A stretch of 64,000 bases of DNA, from positions 20,110,629 through 20,174,628 of the forward strand of contig NC_081391.1 of assembly GCF_030684315.1 (NCBI RefSeq), given 5' to 3'. Both the position numbers and the translations under genes were made by a program. The notes below the pieces were generated by a model, which worked only from the letters and a program-made list of their open reading frames with translations, was not told where the DNA came from and did not search any database. This DNA is from Stegostoma tigrinum. Taxonomy: Eukaryota. Positions 28,286 to 49,280 of the stretch are shown piece by piece. Numbering within the stretch: position 1 is the first letter of the stretch; the number at the start of each line of letters is the position of its first letter.

Positions 28286-29413
28286 GTATGGATGCTAGCG
28301 GACTAGCTGAGTTTCTCCTATAACCTGTTTTGTCTCCAGGTTGTCAACATCCACAAATCTTCAGTCCCACTTGCAACGCTTGGGAATTCCCAACAGATCC
28401 GAACAAAGACTGTAGTCACAAGCTAATGACATTATCATTAAATGGTGAATGCAGAAAGTCACCTATGAATTATACTGCAACTTTGCATTCATTTCAGCTA
28501 CTTTGGAACTAGTCTAACGATGACCACAAAGCTGTTGTTGGAGAAAGCCCACCTTATCGACTCATGTCCTTGACCGATAGAGTGAGGATATGGAGTTAGG
28601 CCAGTAAAAGGAAGCAGCTTGTATTCTACAAGAGAAACCCAGTAGAAGAGAAACCTGGGTCCCCTCAGGCATGAATTGAGCAAAGCTCCGATTGAGATAT
28701 TAAGCATTTCCCTTTGCTTTTATGACCAAAGGATCAGAGTGTGGAGGCTGATACAGCGGCAAGAGTATCGCACACTGTGCCCCTAAGAATAACGTAATTC
28801 AAACTCTCCTGAGAGTAAGCTGGAATTTTTGAAAATGAAAAAAAGGCACTCTTTCATCTCCCTCATTTAAACTCTTACTTGCTAAGGTTTCAGAAGGATG
28901 TGCGTAGCTCTGATTGTTGAGCAAGATATGCAAGCAGATTGTCCAGTTAGAGCCTTGTGGCTCAAGTTAAGGGATACCCTAGCCAGCTTATGGCAAAGGA
29001 GAGGTTTAACCTCCGGCACTAGCATTCGTTAGGCTGGAATGCAGTGGCTACTGAATGAAAAGAAAGCTGAACCAATTAAAGGAAGAGACAGATGTGCAGT
29101 CAGGTTTTCAGGAGCTGAGAAAAAGGCAGATGCACTAGTGGTGTGGAAGGAAAACCTGCAGGATTGTATTAAATGGCAGACAGGAGTCAAGGAAGCTGAT
29201 GGCCTACATTCAGACCCCTGCCTTGTACTTCACTGTAGCCACATCACGGGGGAGGTGGGGGGGAAAAGGTAAATGTTTGATGATCAGTCTAGGAATTAGT
29301 TACACAGGAGAACGTAGTTGAGTGAATATTTTATTTCCACATGCAGCAATAGAGAAACCGATACAAATAATTCTGCTTTCATGTACAATAGTGAAGCAAT
29401 TCCAAACTGCCAC

Positions 29414-29933
<520 letters not shown>

Positions 29934-30159
29934 CTGGAGGGAGAAGACAGTCATTAGTGATGTTAGAAGGTCCAAGACTCGTACAAAGGCAAGAAAATGA
30001 AGACATGTGGTAATCTGTGCCAAATCCAAACCAAGGATTAAAAATAATTCACAGAAGATCATGGAGACCATTATCAGACATTTGATCCATCATTGTAGAT
30101 GGAAGGATCAGACCTTGAATTGTAGTATGAAGTCATTTTATTCAGATGGCTTTACAACA

Positions 30160-31470
30160 GGATTCAGATGGTATGACTGTAGATTGAGTTTTGCCTCATG
30201 AGCTTCATTGAGTATTTTGAAGAAGTGATGAAGAGCAATGATGAGGGCAGAGTGGTGGGCGTGATCTACATGGACTGCAACGAAGCGTTTTACAATGTTG
30301 CTCATAGTAAGCTGTTTAGCAAAGTGAGATCACATGGAATCCATGGAGAATTATCCATTTGGATACAGAAATGGCTCAAAGGTGGAGGGCAAAGGGTTCC
30401 GGTAGAGGCAACAAAGTGCGGAGCTGGAGGAACATAGCAGGCCAGGCAGCATCAGAGGAGCAGGAAAGCTGTTGTTTCGGGTTGAGACCCTTCTACCGAA
30501 ATTGGGAGGGGAGGGGAAGCTCAGAAATAAAGAGGAGGGGTGGGACTGGGAAGGTAGATGGGATGGTGATGGGTGAGTGCAGATAGGGGGTAGTCAGGAA
30601 TGGCCAGTGAGGTGGGGGGGATGCAGATAGGTGGGAGAGAAGATGGACAGGTCAAAGAGGTGGGGATGAGAGGGAGAGAGGGGATTGGTCATGGGGTGAG
30701 GAGATTTTGAAGTTAATAAGGTCCACATTTAGTGTCGTGGGCTGTAAGCTCCCAAGGCAGAATATGAGGTGCTTCTCTTCCAGTTTGAGGATGACATTGG
30801 TGTGATACTGGAGGATGCCCAAAATGGACAGGTCATCCAGGAATGGGAGCGGGAGGGAAGTTAAAACATTTTGCGATTGGAAAACGTTGTTTTTTGTTGC
30901 ACATGTCTTTATTAGATTACCACATGTCTTCATTTTTTTGTGTGGATGGGAGTGTGGAGCGAACAAGGATATCGCGGAGAGAATGGTCTCTCCGAAAGCA
31001 GACAATGGTGGGATAGAAAAATGTCTTTGGTGGTGGAGATGGATTGTAGATGGCAGAAGTGTCGGAGGACGATGCATTATATCCAGAGGCTAGTGGGGTG
31101 GTATGTGAGGACTAGGGGGATCCTCTTGGGGAAGTTATTGCGAGGGTAGTGTGTGAGGGATGAGTTGTGGGAAATGCGGGAGACACGATTGAGGACATTC
31201 TCGCCCACTGCAAAGGGGGAAGTGGCGGTCCTGTAAGAACGAGGACATCTGGGATGTGCAGGAGTGGAATGCCTCTTCTTGGAGCAGATGGGGGAGAGGC
31301 AAAGGAATTGGGAATAGGGCATGGAGTTTTTGCAGGAAGGTGGGTTGGAGGAGGCGTATCACAGGTAGCTGTGGGAGTTGGTGGGCTCGAAATGGACATC
31401 GGTTTGTAGGTGGTTGCCTGCGATGGAGACAGAAAGTCCAGGAAGGTGAGGGATGTGTTGGAGATGGTCC
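30160..31470. mobile_element. Composite of CR1 fragment, older Penelope-like fragment and younger Penelope-like fragment
   Basis: About 30160-30900 matches 17540-18250, and about 30945-31470 matches 22220-22745. Confidence 0.8.
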
Positions 31471-33180
31471 TTCCACCTTCAATGCTGTAATGCAAATACA
31501 CCATGCAGTTCACTCACTCCTGCACCCTCTTTAGAAATGCACCTTTTATTTTGTATTGTCTCTACATGCTTTTCCCACCATTTTTTCTGTTTTGAACTTC
31601 ATCTGCCACTTGCTTGCCGATTTCACTGATATCGGTGCCCTTTTGAGGTTCTGCACCATGGTCCTCACTTGAAGTTTCTTATGTACAAACTCTGAAATTG
31701 CATCCTTTATACCAGGACATAAGTCATTACTTTACTTTTGTAAAGCCTGGCTCCTCCCCATAACCCGTGGAACTCCACGACAAACCATCCCCCTCGTCCA
31801 AAGAGCATCCATTAGCATCACTTATGTTTCCAGTAACGCAGCCAACTCCGTATCCCTGTCACTGCGCTGCCATTGATTACAGGGGCTTGAACATAGTTCA
31901 CAAATCTAACGTGTGGCACTGCATTACATGTCTTTAGGAAGCCCACGTAGACCACACGAACAACAGCCCTCTCGCCTAACTCGTCAAAATACTTGTGCTA
32001 GATAGCTAAAAGTGGTTTTCCTTTTGAGGAGATCTGGCATGGATCTCAAAAAGATTCATATTCATCCATATAACTATTATGCAATTTTCTACTCATCTCC
32101 ATTAGTTCCTGTCTTCCACTCCCCAACATCACTCATGGAAATGACAGGCATCTACTCCATCACTTATCCCATTTGGAAACTGAATGAAAAGCTGATGCAA
32201 AAGGACAATGCATCTAGAAGTTGTTGCCTCTTCTCAGTGTTCATAATTTATTGCAGCTACTAATTTCCAATTTCAAAACAATTTCTCACACAGATTTAAG
32301 AGATCCACTCCCCATACAAGTCCCCTAACCGGCCATTTCCACATACATGCTGTATGTGTTGCTGGGCTTCTATTCAAGCAGAGCTTCACAATGTTGGAGC
32401 TGTAAGAGTTTGCAAATAGGACCTCTCCTCAGCAATTTCTGTACCCTGTTCCCCTACTGAGAGCTTCACTTCAGACAAACAAGAGGTAAAGAAGTGACCC
32501 AAACAATGATTGGCTGCTGTGTATATAAAGCTATTGGGAGGCATGGAAGGGTAGGAGGAAGTAAGTAGTAGTTGCGGGGGGAGAGGTGGTGGGGTACAGA
32601 GTTGAAGAAGAAAGGCAGAAAAGCTTGGAATCCAACTCTGCCTCCTTTTATTATTCATCTGCTAAACCTCAGTCCCCAAAAAAGCAGAACAAATCCACAA
32701 GCTGCAGCTGGGAGGTTGGGGCAGCCCTTGCCGTCTGCAAACTTAGAAAGAGTTCACTTAACCCTTGCTGCTGTTGGAAGAAGGGCAGGTGAGGACAGAG
32801 GAAGCACCTAGTGTCTAAAGTCATCCAGAGAGGAAAGTCATGTCACTAAGTGGTACACACCTGGAAGGCTAATGTAACACTAAAAAGGAAAGGGGAAACA
32901 CCTCATTTACAAATTTGCCATGAAAAAAATGTATGTTCCACATGTGCATAAAATTTATGCTACCTTTGGAGGAAGATATTGAAGTGAGTGAAATTTCTAT
33001 TGTGGATTTTTTCAGTCAAGTTTCCTGGTTAGCTGTTGGTAATTTAGTTAGCTTAAAAAACAAAGATCCAAAATCCAGTTCCACAAAGACTTGTATTTCC
33101 ATTTGGAATGGCAGACAGAAAAAGGCAAAGTGGTCATCAGAATTAGGTCAGGAATGGATAAATTTCTTCCATAACCCCAT

Positions 33181-36147
<2,967 letters not shown>

Positions 36148-36214
36148 CTTCACTATTCCTGCTCACTTTCACCTGGGCAACTCCAGAACTCAGCCTCTCA
36201 GCCACAAGCTCTTG

Positions 36215-36362
36215 TATTTAACCTCCTGGAACATCCTGCACTGAACCAGGGAATGACATCACCAATGATGATTGACAATCCCTGATAGCCAATCAGGCAT
36301 CTCCATGAGTGCAGGAGCCAATGAAGGGCATGGGGTGGAATGAGATCCCCAGAGCCAATCAG
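36215..36362 (-). promoter_or_regulatory. Promoter of locus G
   Basis: TTAAATA at the TATA position, TGACATCA, CCAAT at 36262, 36289, 36318 and 36355, and a GGGGTGG box. Confidence 0.65.
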
Positions 36363-37286
36363 AGCTTTGGAACTGAGGCATATTTGGAACATTCAGTGAT
36401 TGTCGCTGATGAACAGGAGGTGGATGTTCTGCCCTGTCCTGCCACCCAATTGTGTCAAGCCTGGTCTGTTGCTTCCTTACGCTCTTCCTACATTGGTCCT
36501 GTGTTCCTGTCACACCATGAACGAACAAACATCCAACTGTCTCACATCTGAGCAGTTTATTTGTTCCCAATATTTCTGGGAAAAAGATTGCAGAGTTCTG
36601 AATCCATTTCCTGAGGAAATGATTCCTGGCACCTGCCCTGGATGGCCACAGCATAATGATGGCATTGTACTCCTTGGTCACGCTAAAATAATTTCTCTCC
36701 CTCTGGCTCCTCAAACCCGATTGTTATTTTCCAAACTTCAATTGTAGTCAGCCCTAAATCTTCATTACCCAAGTGAATGCAAGTACACTCTTTGCAAATT
36801 GTCCTCACAATTTAAGCCTGTTAGTCCTGGGATCGTTCTGGTGAATGCACACTGTAGCGCGACGATGGTGTTGTTGCTGTGCTAGTCACAGAGAGGCTCG
36901 GATTAACACCACGAGGGCAATAAGTGCTGACCTTAGTCAGCAATGCCCTCGTCCCATGAATGAACTGAAGAAAACTATCATTGATTGCCTTGGAAATCAA
37001 TCTGGTTCACTGATATCTTTCAGGGAAGGAAATGGACTCCACGGCCTGTATATGACTACAGACCCACAGCAATATCACTGACTCCTAACTTGCGTCTGAG
37101 ATGGTCAGAAACCTTTTAATTCAAGGGCAGTGAGAGAGGAGCGACAGGGCTTGGTCTTGCCAGTGACATTCTCCTCCATGAAATCATTTCAAAAACACTT
37201 GCTCCAAGGCCGATATATCAGAACTGAATACTGTTCTCCAGGTGGGGTTCACCCTACACTTTCCACCAGTGTAGCACAACCTTTCT

Positions 37287-37598
37287 GGTGGCTCGGTGAT
37301 TAGTACTACTGCCCCGGAGCGCCGCAGACCTGGGTTCAATCCCATCTTCGAGTGGCCGTTTGTGCATTCTCCCTGGGGCTGTGTGGGTCCCCTTCAGAAG
37401 CTCTGGGTTCTTCCCACAGTCTAAAGACGTGCACAACAGGTGGACTGGCCGTGCTATGTTGCCTTTAGCAAGCAGGCTAGGTGGGTTAGCCATGGGGAAA
37501 TGTGGGGTTAGAAGGATGGGGTGGGCCTGGGTGCAATGCTCGTCAGAGGATCAGTGTGGGCTGAATGGCCTAGTTCCACACTGTAGGGATTCACTGAT
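37287..37598 (+). mobile_element. tRNA-derived SINE (HE1/V-SINE-like)
   Basis: Pol III A-box-like GGTGGCTCGGTG and B-box-like GGGTTCAATCCC, a V-domain-like tgcattctccc...cccacagtctaaagacgtgc segment and a tgtagggattc tail. Confidence 0.8.
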
Positions 37599-38139
37599 TT
37601 ATATTCCAGCTCCACTGCCTTGCAATGAACATTAAAATGCAATTAGCATTTTAAAAACATCTCATTTACTCTCTACAAGTTGTTAATAATTTCTGCACGC
37701 AGATCCCCAAACACACTCTGCGCCTATTTAGCTCCTCGCACTACACTATTTCAGAACACACTGATGTGTGTGTCTTGGTCTGAAGTACTCTTCCTCAGAT
37801 TAAATTCTACTGGTCAATATTGTCTATTTGCTTTATTAGTGCCATCTGGTTCTGTGTGGCAGAGGCAGGTTTATTATTGGCAGTGTTCAAGAGGCACTGG
37901 GTAATTAAACAGGAACAACTTGCCAGTTTATAGGGAAAGGCAGAAGATTCACAGAAAGGGTAAAGTGCTCAGAGACCGAGTGCAAATGAGACAGTCTGAT
38001 GGGCCGTCTTCTACAGTATGATAATGCTGTTGCGCTTCCATCAGGATGAGCTGGCTCACCTCCTCGGGAAACATGAAGACAACCAATGTGAATGAATTAA
38101 CTACCACTAGATCAAGGGCAGACCTTGAGACAAACCAAG

Positions 38140-39487
38140 ACATCAGTTGTTGGTAAAGTGTTGGAAAATGTTCCAAGAGATAGGATTTATAATCATCTAG
38201 AAAAGAATAATTTGATCAGGGATAGTCAGCACGGTTTTGTGAAGGGTAGGTCGTGCCTCACAATCCTTATTGCGTTCTTTGAGAAGATGACCAAACACAT
38301 AGATGAGAGTAAACCGGTTGATGTGGTGTATATGGTTTTCAGCAAGGCTTTCGATAAGGTTCCCCACAATAGGCTATTTACAAAATGCGGAGGAATGGAA
38401 TTGTGGGAGATATAGCAGTTTGGATCAGAAATTGGCTTGCTGAAAGAAGACAGGGTGGTGGTTGATGGGAAATGTTCATCCTGGAGACCAGTTACTAGTG
38501 GTGTACCACAAGGGTCGGTGTTGGGTCCACTGCTGTTTGTCATTTTTATTAACGGCCCGGCTGAGGGCGTAGATGGATGGGTTAGTAAATTTGCAGACGA
38601 CACTAAGGTCGTTGGAGTTGGGGATAGTGACAAAGGATGTTGTAGGTTATAGAGAGACATAGATAGGTAAGCTGCAGAGCTGGGCTGAGAGGTGGCAAAT
38701 GGAGTTTAATGCGGACAAGCGTGAGGTGATGCACTTTGGTAGAAGCAACCGGAATGCAAAGTACTGGGCTAATGGTAACATTCTTGGTAGTGTAGATGAG
38801 CAGAGAGATCTCGGTGTCCATGTACACAGATCCTTGAAAGTTGCCACCCAGGTTGACAGCGTTGTTAAGAAGGCATACAGTGTTTTAGCTTTTATTAATA
38901 GAGGGATCGAGTTCCGGAACCAAGAGGTTATGCTGCAGCTGTACAAAACTCTGGTGCGGCCGCACTTTGAGTATTGCATGCAGTTCTGGTCACTGCATTA
39001 TAAGAAAGATGTGGAAGCTTTGGAAAGGGTGCAGAGGAGATTTACTAGGATGTTGCCTGGTATGGAAGGAAGGTCTTACGAGGAAAGGCTGAGGGACTTG
39101 AGGCTGTTTTCGTTAGAGAGAAGCAGGTTGAGAGGTGACTTAACTGAGACATAAGATAATCAGAGGGTTAGATAGGGTGGATAGCGAGAGCCTTTTTCCT
39201 AGGATGGTGACAGCGAGCATGAGGGGGCATAGCTTTAAATTGAGGGGTGAAAGATATAGGACAGATGTCAGAGGTAGTTTCTTTACTCAGAGAGTAGTAA
39301 GGGTATGGAACGCTTTGCCTGCAACGGAAGTAGATTCGCCAACTTTAAGTACATTTAAGTCGTTGTTTGACAAGCATATGGACGTACATGGAATAGTGTA
39401 GGTTAGATGGGCTTCAGATTGGTATGACATGTTGGCACAACAGAGGGCCAAAGGGCCTGTACTGTGCCATAATTTTCTATGTTCTAT
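38140..39487 (+). mobile_element. CR1-clade LINE, 5'-truncated, RT and C-terminal region with frameshifts
   Basis: Motifs [57 protein letters not shown] and FFTQRVV..WNALP, with a 3' tail ttctatgttctat. Confidence 0.95.
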
Positions 39488-40200
39488 AAACATCTATCCC
39501 ACGAGCTCCAGATTTAACCAGGAGCTGGAAAAAAAAACCAAACCCCATCCTCTCCAAGTCTGCTATTAGAAGGTCAGAGTAGAAGCTGATATCTTTTTAT
39601 ATCAGCTCACTAAAGCCTTAATTTAGGGAGGGTGGGGGTCTTAGCCTTTCTAAAAGAGAAATGACTTGCTGCCTGCCAGATGTAGTGTAAGGGAAGTCAG
39701 GTACTGAGCAAAAAAAAAAAAAAAAACTAAATAGATGCTTCAAATGTGGGAAGCCTCTGAACATCTAAGGGATGAGTCAAGCTTTCCTCAAAAAGTAAAT
39801 AGGCACCACAAGAGTGCTATTGACCTCTGGCTTTGAGAGCTGATTTCAATATTTTATCAGTACTGCTGCAACATTTTGCTGAAGATAAACTTGGTTGCTC
39901 GTACTGCTGCAAACAAGGGGCAATTGCCCCATATATAGCCAAATGCTTGTCCACTCACTGACTCCAAGTATCTTTGGACATTCATCCCTGTTGACATTAT
40001 CCAGCTGGTCCAAGCAATTGGACCAAAGTCAGCAAACCATATCCAAGTTGTTGGGAATGGACAAAATCCTTGGAAGATATTGGATAGGCTTTGGGCTGCA
40101 GAATTACAGAAAGCTAGACAGCTTAGGTTCAATGATTTTTATTTCATATTCCAGTACAAGCAAAAGAGAATGCAAGGACCAAGTGATTGTAAAATCCCAC

Positions 40201-42355
<2,155 letters not shown>

Positions 42356-43344
42356 CTTCACACCAAATTACAAAAAGCAAACTCAAACAACAGCCTAACC
42401 CCACCTCCCATGAGCTCTAGTATTTATGTAAATGGGAATCTGCTTTCCAACAGGAAATGTTATCACCAATAGTGCTTGGCTATTAGGGATTTCCAATCAG
42501 CAGCCTCCCATGAATACAGGCATTAATTAGGGAGACGTGCTGGGGGGAGCTATGTACAAAGCAGAGCCAATCGGAGCAGTGGGAAACCAGCAGGTTTCAA
42601 CAGTTTGGGCCATGGGAACAGGAGGAGACCATTCAGCCCCTCAAACCTATTTCAGTATTTAATTAGATCTTGGCTGGTCTGCTTCTCAGTTCCATATAAA
42701 CTACCTTCTTCCATAAAGCGGAATCATAGAATCCCATCACAAATTCACCAAAGATCCTCAGATTGCACCTTCCAAGCAGATGACCATTTCCATCCAGACA
42801 GACAAGGGCAGCAGACACGTGAGACCACCACCAACTTCAAGCTCCCCTCCGAGCCACTCACCATCCCGACTTGGAAATATGTTGGCGTGCCTTCAGTGTC
42901 TCTGGGTGGAAATCCTGGAATTCCCTCTGTACGGCCATCGGGGTCGACATGGACTGCTGCGGTTCATGAAGGCAGCTGAACCCCACCTTCTCAAGGGGAA
43001 TCTAGCAATGTACAACAAATGCTGGCCCAACCCATGACTGCCCTTGTCCCGCAAGTGAATACTCAAAAAAATTACAGTGCCGTAGGAGGCCATTTGGCCA
43101 ATTGTGCTGCACCAGATCCATTGTGCTCATCTCTTGCCATGTCCCTGCACATCACCACGATCCCAAAAGAAAACCCAATGCTCTCTTCAAAGCTTCAATT
43201 GTATGTGCCCTCCCCACGTCTCCAGGCAGCACATTGCGCATACTCTCCACATTCTGTGTAAAAATGTTTTTTTTTCTCACTTCACCCTTGCTTTGTTTGC
43301 ACATCACTTTAACTATCCCCTCACGTATCTACTTTTTAAAATTT

Positions 43345-43690
43345 GTTGACGGGTTGAGGGCATTGCTGACTAGGCAGCATTTATTGCCCATCCCTAATTG
43401 CCCAGAGGGCAGTTAAGGGTCAACCACATTGCTGTGGGTTTGGAGTCTCATGTTGGCCATTTGGCAGTTTGGTAAATGGCGGTTTTTTTCCCTAAAGGAC
43501 ATTAGAGGACCAGATGGATTTTTCCAGCGATTGACAATGGACTCATGGTCATCGTTAGATTCTTAAACTCCAGATATTTATTGAAATCAAATTCCACCAT
43601 TTACCATGGTGGGATTTGAACCAGGGTCCGCAGAACATGATCTGGGTCTCTAGATTAACAGTCCACAATCATACCACGGGGCCATCGCCA
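43345..43690 (-). mobile_element. tRNA-derived SINE (DeuSINE-like), present only in duplication copy 2
   Basis: Minus-strand head GGCGATGGCCCCGTGGTAT...GGTTCAAATCCCACCATGG and a tail gggatgggcaataaatgctg shared with the LINE ends near 9550 and 10010. Confidence 0.7.
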
Positions 43691-46600
43691 AGTAGAAAAT
43701 AAATGGGTTACTTAACAACAGCCAAGAATCTTGGATTTGAATGTTCAATTTATTCCCAAGGTTTTGGCAGAGCAGGGTTTAGATTTCCAGCATTGTGTGT
43801 GTGAGGAGCACCGTCCCTAATGGATGAGCTCGAACCTTTAGGTTATGCTGCTGTCTACACCGACTTCCTCTTGTCCGAAAATATCACACCCGAGAACATC
43901 GTTTTTCTCTCGTTGACTCTATCAAATCAATTAATCAGCTTCAAATCTTAATAATAATTATTCCTTGTTCTTCTACACTCACAGGAACTTGAGGTTTTAA
44001 AAAATGTTGTTTTGGGATGTTGGCATCACTGGCAGGGTGTGTATTTATTGCCCATCCCTAGTTTCCTCTTGAGAAGGTGGTGGTGAGTTGCCTTTGTGAA
44101 CAGTTGCAATGTCCATCTGGTGCAGATAGACTCAGATTGCCCCTAAGGAGAGAATTCCAGAAATCTGACTGATTTAACACTGCAGTGACACTGAAGGGAC
44201 GGTAATATATTTCCAAGCCAGGATGGTGGATGGCTTGGAGGGGAACCTGCAGGGGGTGGTGTTCCCACGTATCTACTGCCCTTGTCTGAGCAGATGGAAG
44301 TGGATGTGGCTTTGGAAGGAGCTGTCAAAATACCTGAATTTCATCTTCAATGCAAATTGCCTTCATTGTTTAACCCTTTCGACCTGTTGTCATCCTGTGC
44401 TGCATTCCCTCAAAGACTCAGAGATCGAGACCTGAATACAGGATCATAGATATGCACTCACTGGCATTTAATAAATGGTAGCAGAACTGTCCGATCAATA
44501 ACATGGGGGCATCATTTTAAGGTGAAGAGCAGTAGGTTTAGAGGGGATTTGCCAAAAACATTTTTCACCCAGATGGTGTGATGGGAATCTGGAATGCACT
44601 GTGTGGGAGGGTAGTAGAGATGGGAAACATCACAACTTTTGAAACGTACATGGATGGGCACTTGAAGTGTCATTACACTTAAGGCTATAGGTGAAGTGCT
44701 AGAAAGTGAGATGAGTGTAGACAGGTCAGCACAGACCTGATGTCTATGGCCCGAATGTCGATCTCTTTGTAATCCAGACAATTCTGTGCCTGTCCACCAG
44801 CTCTTGCAATTTCTGCAGATGGATCCCATAACCTTATGGTCACAACCAATTCTGTTCCCCGAATGTCACAGTTTAGCTAATTTCTCTTTCTTGTTCCGAA
44901 GTGCATGGCCTCACTCTTCCTCACATTGAGGCCTGCCTGCTGCTGTTTGCTCATTCATTTCAACAATGGCTTGTTGCAAACTTTCAGGTCCCATCCACAC
45001 CATCCACTTTGTCGCTTAACTTTGTTTTGTCAGGAAATTTGGACATATATCTCTCGAGTCCTTCATCTACGTCAATCTGTCAATGTGAAACTGAAGCCCA
45101 AGTGGAGATCCCTGGGAGTGAGAGTCAAATTTTGTCAATCAAAGTTGGCAGCCATTCTGTCAGCCACCTTCCCCCTTCCCAATTCCCAACCCATGTCCAA
45201 CAGTAACTTCCTATTGTACGCGCATGCATTTTTCCTAATTATGTCATGGATACTCGTCATTGTTGGAACTGATTTTAGTTGCTTTGACTGTTCTCAAACT
45301 GATAGCATCAGTCCTCCAGGTCAGAGCTCCCCAATTCACCTTAGGGTTTGACGAGTTTGTAAATGAATATTTCTCCCTGTACATGATGTCGAATTAAATG
45401 ACATCTGAAGGTTTGAAGCATCTCTCATCTGATCCAGAAGAGGTCAGGGACACTGACACTGATCACAGCAGTTGAGGATATTACCCTGCACGAGGTAGCC
45501 TGCAGCAAATCTGCAAATCCACCAGTCACACTGGGAAAACAGAGATAATGGGAACTGCAGATGCTGGAGAATCCAGGATAACAAAGTGTGGAGCTGGATG
45601 AACACAGCAGGCCCAGCAACATGTCAGGAGCACAACACTGGGGGAAACAGACAGGATGCCTCTATCGGAATCCTATCACTCCCATTGCTGTTAAGTTTCA
45701 TGTAAAGCTTTATCCGATCAAGCTCAGGAGCTCTATCATCCATTCCTTCTTCTGTAAGGAAGTTGCCTGTTGGATTTCTCTCAGATTTGAGAAAAAAAAT
45801 ATGAAAAGCAGTATTAATCTCAGGACGAGAATCAATTCTTTTGGTATTTCCTGACACCAGAAAATATAGTCCTTTCAATTTAGAGTGCAGGAAATTGTTG
45901 AACAAATTGCAGCACGAGAATCGATGTCCAGTACCAGATTTAAGTCCTGCATGATAATGTCTCACTTCTGCACCCCTGCCCTCCTCAGGACTGACTCTGA
46001 GCACTGCAGTATATGGAAAATGACTATTCAGTTAGTTTGCGACATCCAGGGTAAGCACCAGGATTCCTTACTCATTTAATTGCATGCTTGTGACAAAAAA
46101 AAATGGGAGGTAGCGTCCACGTGGCGGACTCCCAGTGCAATGGCCACCTACCTCTGTACAACAGAGACTCTATCACTGGTGTGTCTCGCAAGCCAGCCGG
46201 CAAGCAGGCTGTTGTTTGGATAATGAGTGCTTTCCTGCAGTTTGGCAGAGGGCACAGTTGTTTGTCATAAACTCAGCTGTGTTAGCTGTTAATTGCCAGT
46301 GCCGAGGGCAGAAAGTAAAAGGAAGCATCAGCCCACCCACTATTAAACTTGGGGAAAAAAAAAGAGAGTTTTCTAACCACGTGCCAGCAGAATGTATTTC
46401 ACATGTGCACCAACTACTTTGCTGAGATGCTCAAGTCACACGTAGGCCAGATCAGGTAATGGTAGCAGATTTCACTCCTCAAGAAAGATGAGTCAAACAG
46501 AAGAATGGTAGATATGCAAAACTGTCAGATAGTAAACTGCCCTGATACACCGGCTGTCTCTTTAGGTCTTTAAGGATTCTGCAAGCTCTCAGCTCACATT

Positions 46601-46962
46601 TGGAAGAAAGTTGAGCACTGACTGCCAAACCTCAGTAAAGTAAGGAACTGCAAAAGCATGTTTAAGAGAAGTGTTGTATAGTGACAGCATCGCTAGACCA
46701 GGGTGGTCAGATTTGAGCCCCACCTGAGAGGTGATTAACATCCAAAAATGAATTGATTAGCAGAGGGTTCAACTGTGTCAAAAGGTGACAGAAGCACCTG
46801 CCATACAACCTAGATATGATGGATCTGAACAAAAATCAGTTCTTCAATTTCACTAAAAGTGTTTCTTCATTATGGAGATTTTATTTTCCAATTCAACAAG
46901 GGTAGATAAAGTTTCTAAAAGACTAATCCATTTACAGCACTGATGGGATTCTAAAATCCCAC

Positions 46963-49280
<2,318 letters not shown>

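Noticed and set aside
37287-37365. tRNA-like A and B boxes
   Set aside because: They form the head of a SINE followed by its body and tail, with no complete cloverleaf.
38140-39487. Functional reverse transcriptase gene
   Set aside because: It is 5'-truncated and split over several frames, so it is a dead CR1 copy.
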